51,430 bases of DNA, from positions 1-51,430 of the IMG/VR virus record IMGVR_UViG_3300049917_000136, one strand, 5' to 3'. Numbering within the stretch: the first letter of the stretch is position 1; each line of letters starts with the position of its first letter. The notes beneath the pieces were generated by a model, which had not been told where the DNA came from, did no database searches, and worked only from the letters and a program-made list of their open reading frames with translations. Shown here piece after piece: positions 47,194 to 51,430 of the stretch. A program made the position numbers and the translations under genes. The stretch is from a virus (taxonomy: Duplodnaviria > Caudoviricetes).

Positions 47194-47244
47194 AATCAAT
47201 GGGTTATACAGTTTAGCAAATGAAAACCTCATAAGTCATTGATA
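47194..47244. promoter_or_regulatory. Two inverted IHF consensus sites
   Basis: AATCAATGGGTTA (47194-47206, +) and TATCAATGACTTA (47232-47244, -) both match WATCAANNNNTTR. Confidence 0.65.
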
Positions 47245-47328
47245 TTGCCCTTTGTTCGGGGTGTTGCAAACGCGAAATGGGACCAGAACAGGCCCAACCG
47301 GGGGGGTCTGCCGATGCACTTTCCACCC

Positions 47329-47793
47329 TGGCACAAGCTTTGCATGCGTTGAAACATGGCACGATACTTGCTAATGCAAGGTCACATGCCACCCTGCTAG
47401 AAAGTTTACAGAATACATCTTATCAGACCTTGCACACCTAACCCAATGTAATATAAAGGATCATGCCCAGCTCATAACATTATGCCCAGGTAAGCAGGGT
47501 TGCGCTTGCTCCAAGCACATGACCCAAGGCTTGCTTCTATGCCATGCTTGCATGCGTTGAATCTTGACTAATCCGATCAAGTATAGGTGATTTGTTTTAT
47601 TTAGTTGGCACAAGACTTGCAACGGGTGGACGTGGGGATAATGTTACCAAAAGGTAACACTTCACGATGGGGCACAAATGCGCCACACAGCTGGGGCGGG
47701 ATGGCTGTCTCTTAAATGATACACACTATAGGTTGTGGTCTATAGCTTGGATAGACACGATATACATGGCAGTCTGTTGGTATGGGCTTTGCT
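47329..47793 (+). promoter_or_regulatory. Four sigma54 (-24/-12) motifs
   Basis: TGGCAC-N5-TTGC at 47329, 47357 and 47606; TGGTAT-N5-TTGC at 47778. Confidence 0.7.
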
Positions 47794-47832
47794 ATACTAT
47801 CTAGTATGGATGCGAACACAAAGGGGGATGCG

Positions 47833-49001
47833 ATGAAGTATCAAGTGGTGAATGCGGAAACGAAGGCCGTTGATAATGTTTACGAGACGCGGCGGCGATC
47901 GCAGAAGCGGGCGGACGCGCTGAATGGGGCGTATGGCATGACGTTGTTTGTTGTGATAGGGATAGAGTAGGACATGAAGGCGACACAAACCAAGGGGGAG
48001 AGGATGAATCAACATATTTGCCAAGACCAATATCGACACCTAGCGAGCATGGAAGCGTTTTATACTGAGATTAAGGCTATCGCAACGTCAAAAGTTGCAG
48101 ACATCGCTCTGATCCGGAGTCATATTGCCTATCATGCTGGTAATAAGCAGGCTGAGCAAGCCAGTATACAACCGAGTCGTGGTCACAGTTATAAGGTTAA
48201 CTTATATGGAAAGCCCCATCGTAAGCAAGATTGGAAGAAAGTTACTATTAGCGATTACTATGACCATCGTACCGGAGTACATGGAATATTTAGTGAATCT
48301 GTAATCACGGTCTCATAACCAACACACGATGGAGGAGGAGAGTATGATACTTTTTAAAACAAACCTTGCGGGATTTGACGTTACATTAGAGCGTAACACA
48401 AAGAAGGAATTTACTGTACGATACGGTGAACAACACACAGAGCATTTAGGGTGGAATGCAGCGGCAGAGGAACTTGGACTTTGTATACTCCATGCTTTGC
48501 AACGTGAGGGAAAGTTGGATTAGGTCAGTGTGTATCCAATTAGATACACTGATCCTCACTAACAAGGAGACAAACATGATGAATTCACTTGAGGTTTACA
48601 GAGAAGCAGGATACAAGGCAGGCGAAGCAAGTAAACGACACGATCAATCTTTCGCTGCATTTCAAAGAAATTGGCTAAGCCGCGCACTCACGCTTGAAAC
48701 ACCAGAGTACGCGCAAGAAGCAAGAAAAGCTTACGATGAGGCGTATCGTGAAGGATCTGGATTCTATCAACCTCGCGGGTAGATACACTGATCCAATGGA
48801 GGATATTACATGACAAAGAAAGATATCATAGCGTATTGCGAAAAGCGAATCGAACGATTCGAGGAAAACACAGGCTATAAAGTAGATCTCGGGACCGCAC
48901 AATTTCCTGAAAATACCAAGCCTGATTTATGGATTGAGTACGGAGAGGCCCAAGCCTTCCTCGAAATCATAGAAGAGTTCGAACAAAGAGAGGGTAGATA
49001 G
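47833..49001 (+). CDS. First early genes: small hypotheticals (47833..47970, 47974..48318, 48329..48523, 48576..48782, 48810..49001)
   Basis: Tandem short ORFs with purine-rich RBSs. Confidence 0.65.
48523..48555. promoter_or_regulatory. Palindromic operator/hairpin GTGTATC-N6-GATACAC
   Basis: The same core recurs at 49731-49770; the right half TAGATACACTGATCC recurs at 48780. Confidence 0.6.
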
Positions 49002-49101
49002 ATGGCAACCCAGCGTAAATGTGGAAAAAGTGATAATGTGAGATATATCACACAGTTACGTTCTCAGCGACGGGAAAATAACAATATGGCGCCATATATT
49101 A

Positions 49102-49214
49102 GCAGTAATATCGGAAATGTGAGATATATTATGGGGTTAAGAGTCGCGCGACGGCAAGCTCCCGTTGCCGGCACCGTAAGTATGCGATATATCTCACATT
49201 GTCGATATTACTGC
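49102..49214. repeat. 28-bp inverted repeat (2 mismatches) enclosing a GC hairpin
   Basis: Arms at 49102-49129 and 49187-49214. Confidence 0.85.
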
Positions 49215-49643
49215 ATTGATTGGGATAGCGAGCGGTTCACGTACCATTCGGTAACTGCTCCCTTTCAAGATCTTTCGGTAGATGTATTTTTGTGTCGATC
49301 CCATTGATAATAAAGCATAATCCATGATATTTAATGAGCTTTTTTGGAGGTTGCATCGTTTACAAGTAGCCCTGAGATTAGCAATTGCATCGGAACCACC
49401 CTTAGACCGTGGGATAACATGGTCAATGTGACAGGAGGTATATACAAGTGGAAGACAACACAAATAGCAACGGTTATTTTGTAGACGTATCAAGAGGTGT
49501 GCTTCACGATGTCTTCTTGTTGCGGGGATCGAGGAAGGTGGTTTATGAATGGGAACATACGGTAAGAGTTGGCCGTTAGAAGCACGTTGCCGACCGACAC
49601 AGGTATTTTTCACGGAATGGATGGGATGGAATGGCTTATGCAT
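49194..49643 (-). CDS. HNH endonuclease
   Basis: CYLC...HIDHVIPRSKGGSD..ANL...CKRCN..K. Confidence 0.9.
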   Translation of the reverse strand: MHKPFHPIHSVKNTCVGRQRASNGQLLPYVPIHKPPSSIPATRRHREAHLLIRLQNNRCYLCCLPLVYTSCHIDHVIPRSKGGSDAIANLRATCKRCNLQKSSLNIMDYALLSMGSTQKYIYRKILKGSSYRMVREPLAIPINAVISTM

Positions 49644-49691
49644 ATGACTCCTTATAGAAGATGGTCCGTCGCTGTCAGTCTAACTATGCGT

Positions 49692-49724
49692 ATTATAGCA
49701 TATTATGGGGTATTGTACTATAAT
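49692..49724. promoter_or_regulatory. Back-to-back -10 promoter unit (second copy)
   Basis: ATTATAGCATA-N11-TGTACTATAAT, the same geometry as 6932-6964. Confidence 0.6.
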
Positions 49725-49959
49725 GGTTTAACTGTATCCATTTAGATACAGTGTATCATAAAGGAGACACATCAGAAGTGTGGCAATCTAGCATGGCATG
49801 TGACATGACAAACGCACAGAATGGCGATATGAGGCCTCAAATGGCAAAATGCCACACCTTGATAGAGGGTATGGCAGATCGCCTCTCATATGGCGATTGT
49901 GTGCGAAGAAACAGGCATATGGATTGCATTATATACTCGGTATAACCAGGGAGGAGACC

Positions 49960-51210
49960 ATGAACGTGACAGAAAAGCAACTCCAAGCTATAGTAGATCG
50001 TATCAACAAGTTAACTAAGAGCCCTATGACATCCTATACAAAGACAGAGAACGGAGTGAAGGCCAACATCGGGAACTATCACTTGGATTTTGTCTACAAG
50101 GGGATCAACCTTGCCAGGATGGACAACGAAGGAGGCGGTATCCAAACAATCTTGTTCGGCAGTACCAAGTCTGATCTCATGTACATACTTAGGGCATATG
50201 CGGATGGTATCGAAGTTGGACAAAAGACGAAATAACCTAATGGAGGACCCCATGCACACCCCTAATTATGCAATACAAGAGTATGAATGGGCAGCAGAAG
50301 ATTTAGCAAAGAAAGGGCTCAAAGGAGTAGTAGGTGATCCGTTGCCATTGATGATGAGTGTTGAAGCGGTAGCCTTGATCAATGCTGATCCCGACGCCTT
50401 TGAAAAACGAGTACGAGAAAACGCCTACGCCATTGCAATGAACAAACTAAACATTCCTGAAAGGTAGACCATGCACACCCCGACACCACGCGCAGCATAC
50501 AGTGACACACCACACAAAACAATCGAGGAATTGCGTGTTATTGCTACACAACGAGTCAACAATGGTGAGCCTGCATGGTTTGTGATTCAAGATCTTGTTA
50601 ACGGATATTCGCTAGGATGGCAAAGCGCGAACCATCATTACATAGCTTTTAACTTAAAGGGAAAGGAGTAATCCCCCATGCGTGAACCGATGGAAGGTGA
50701 AGACTGGATCAGTGTTGAGCAATATGACAGACTTTGTGTTGAGAATGATCTACTCGTAGCCGAGAATCAGGCCATGCGGGAGGCGTTACAAGGGCTTTTC
50801 GAGCATTGTGCAATGATTCATAAACATTGGGGCGAAGGGTCAAACTTGAAAGAGGCTAACGAAGCTATCGCCAAAGCTGAAGCCCTCGCCACAGGAAAGG
50901 AGCAAGTATGATCGACCGTTGCTTACAGCTTACGCAAATATGGGTCACATTGTTGGTCATCTATTCACTTTACCTCATTATCAGATAAGGAGACATCATG
51001 ATGGACTTTTTTCTAAATGATTGGTGGTTCGAGTTTTTCTCATATATGGCGGCTTGCTGGCTCGCCCTGCTTGTTTGGGGAAGAATTAGCATCGCAATGA
51101 AATCCTGGTGGATTGTTGAGAAACAAGCTATACTAAAACCATACGAAATAGAACCGGAAGAAGCCGAACAAACGAAGTTACACTATAAACGTGTCTCAAC
51201 GAAAGGGTGA
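49960..51210 (+). CDS. Early hypothetical genes (49960..50235, 50252..50467, 50471..50671, 50678..50911, 50998..51210)
   Basis: Tandem short ORFs with GGAG/AAGG RBSs. Confidence 0.65.
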
Positions 51211-51214
51211 CATC

Positions 51215-51430
51215 ATGAAATATCCATTATTAGGAATCTGTTTGCTAACATTAGTAGCATGCAGTGGCGATGGCTCAGAGCCGCTGATTGAACCACAACA
51301 AGCCGTGAATGAACCGACTGAGCCGAACGAACCACCAACAGAGCCACCAGTCACGCCTCCACCAGTGACCCCACCTGTAACGCCACCCGTTACACCCCCA
51401 CCTGTTATTCCGAAAGACCCACCTCCACCC
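51215..51430 (+). CDS. N-terminus of a lipoprotein with Pro-rich linker (runs off the window end)
   Basis: My translation: MKYPLLGICLLTLVAC-SGDG...EPTEPNEPPTEPPVTPPPVTPPVTPPVTPPPVIPKDPPPP; lipobox LVAC. Confidence 0.8.
   Translation, partial: MKYPLLGICLLTLVACSGDGSEPLIEPQQAVNEPTEPNEPPTEPPVTPPPVTPPVTPPVTPPPVIPKDPPPP

Larger units (their letters stand above)
1..51430. mobile_element. Near-complete tailed phage genome (podovirus-like), circularly permuted
   Basis: Terminase, portal, capsid, tail, ejection, lysis and replication genes form two opposed transcription blocks. One gene appears to span the window ends. Confidence 0.95.

Noticed and set aside
47376-47391. Extra sigma54-like sites (- strand here and near 47530-47545; + strand near 36068)
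   Set aside because: GG-to-GC spacing is off by one base, which sigma54 does not tolerate.
49002-49307. 101-aa ORF across the inverted-repeat region
   Set aside because: The translation simply mirrors the DNA repeats (NVRYI twice) and overlaps the HNH gene; probably non-coding.
1-51430. CRISPR array, reverse transcriptase/DGR, integrase, tape measure protein
   Set aside because: I saw no regularly spaced repeats, no YxDD RT motif, no recombinase motifs and no tape-measure-like ORF.
1-51430. Alternative genetic code or stop-codon reassignment
   Set aside because: Core genes are full length and tightly coupled under the standard code, and no suppressor tRNA is visible.

Overview
The window looks like a nearly complete, circularly permuted ~51.4 kb dsDNA phage genome of podovirus type: it has portal, tail adaptor/nozzle and ejection proteins, and no tape measure, integrase or CRISPR array is recognisable. 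The + strand (about 47.8 kb through the window end to 17.8 kb) holds many small early genes, a lipoprotein split across the window ends, a PagL-like lipid A deacylase and an ECF-type sigma factor. It also holds a replication/recombination block: PD-(D/E)XK exonuclease, Sak4-like ATPase, SSB-like protein, a divergent family A polymerase with a degenerate UDG-like domain, and an RNase H-like exonuclease. The RepA-like helicase lies inverted, and I can find no primase. The - strand (46.9 to 17.9 kb) holds packaging, head, tail, ejection and lysis genes. A Nitrospira-like Gram-negative host is inferred from recalled family resemblances only. Most notable observations: (1) three coupled genes in the virion operon encode proteins with Sec signal peptides and even cysteine counts, near a glycosyltransferase/acetyltransferase pair; (2) a tRNA-like RNA has an H-type pseudoknot in place of its anticodon arm; (3) a multi-branched RNA lies directly upstream of the small terminase; (4) the control region is dense with host-factor sites (four sigma54 motifs, two IHF consensus sites, CRP-type boxes) and a phage-specific operator. 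All calls come from reading motifs by eye; no database search was run.
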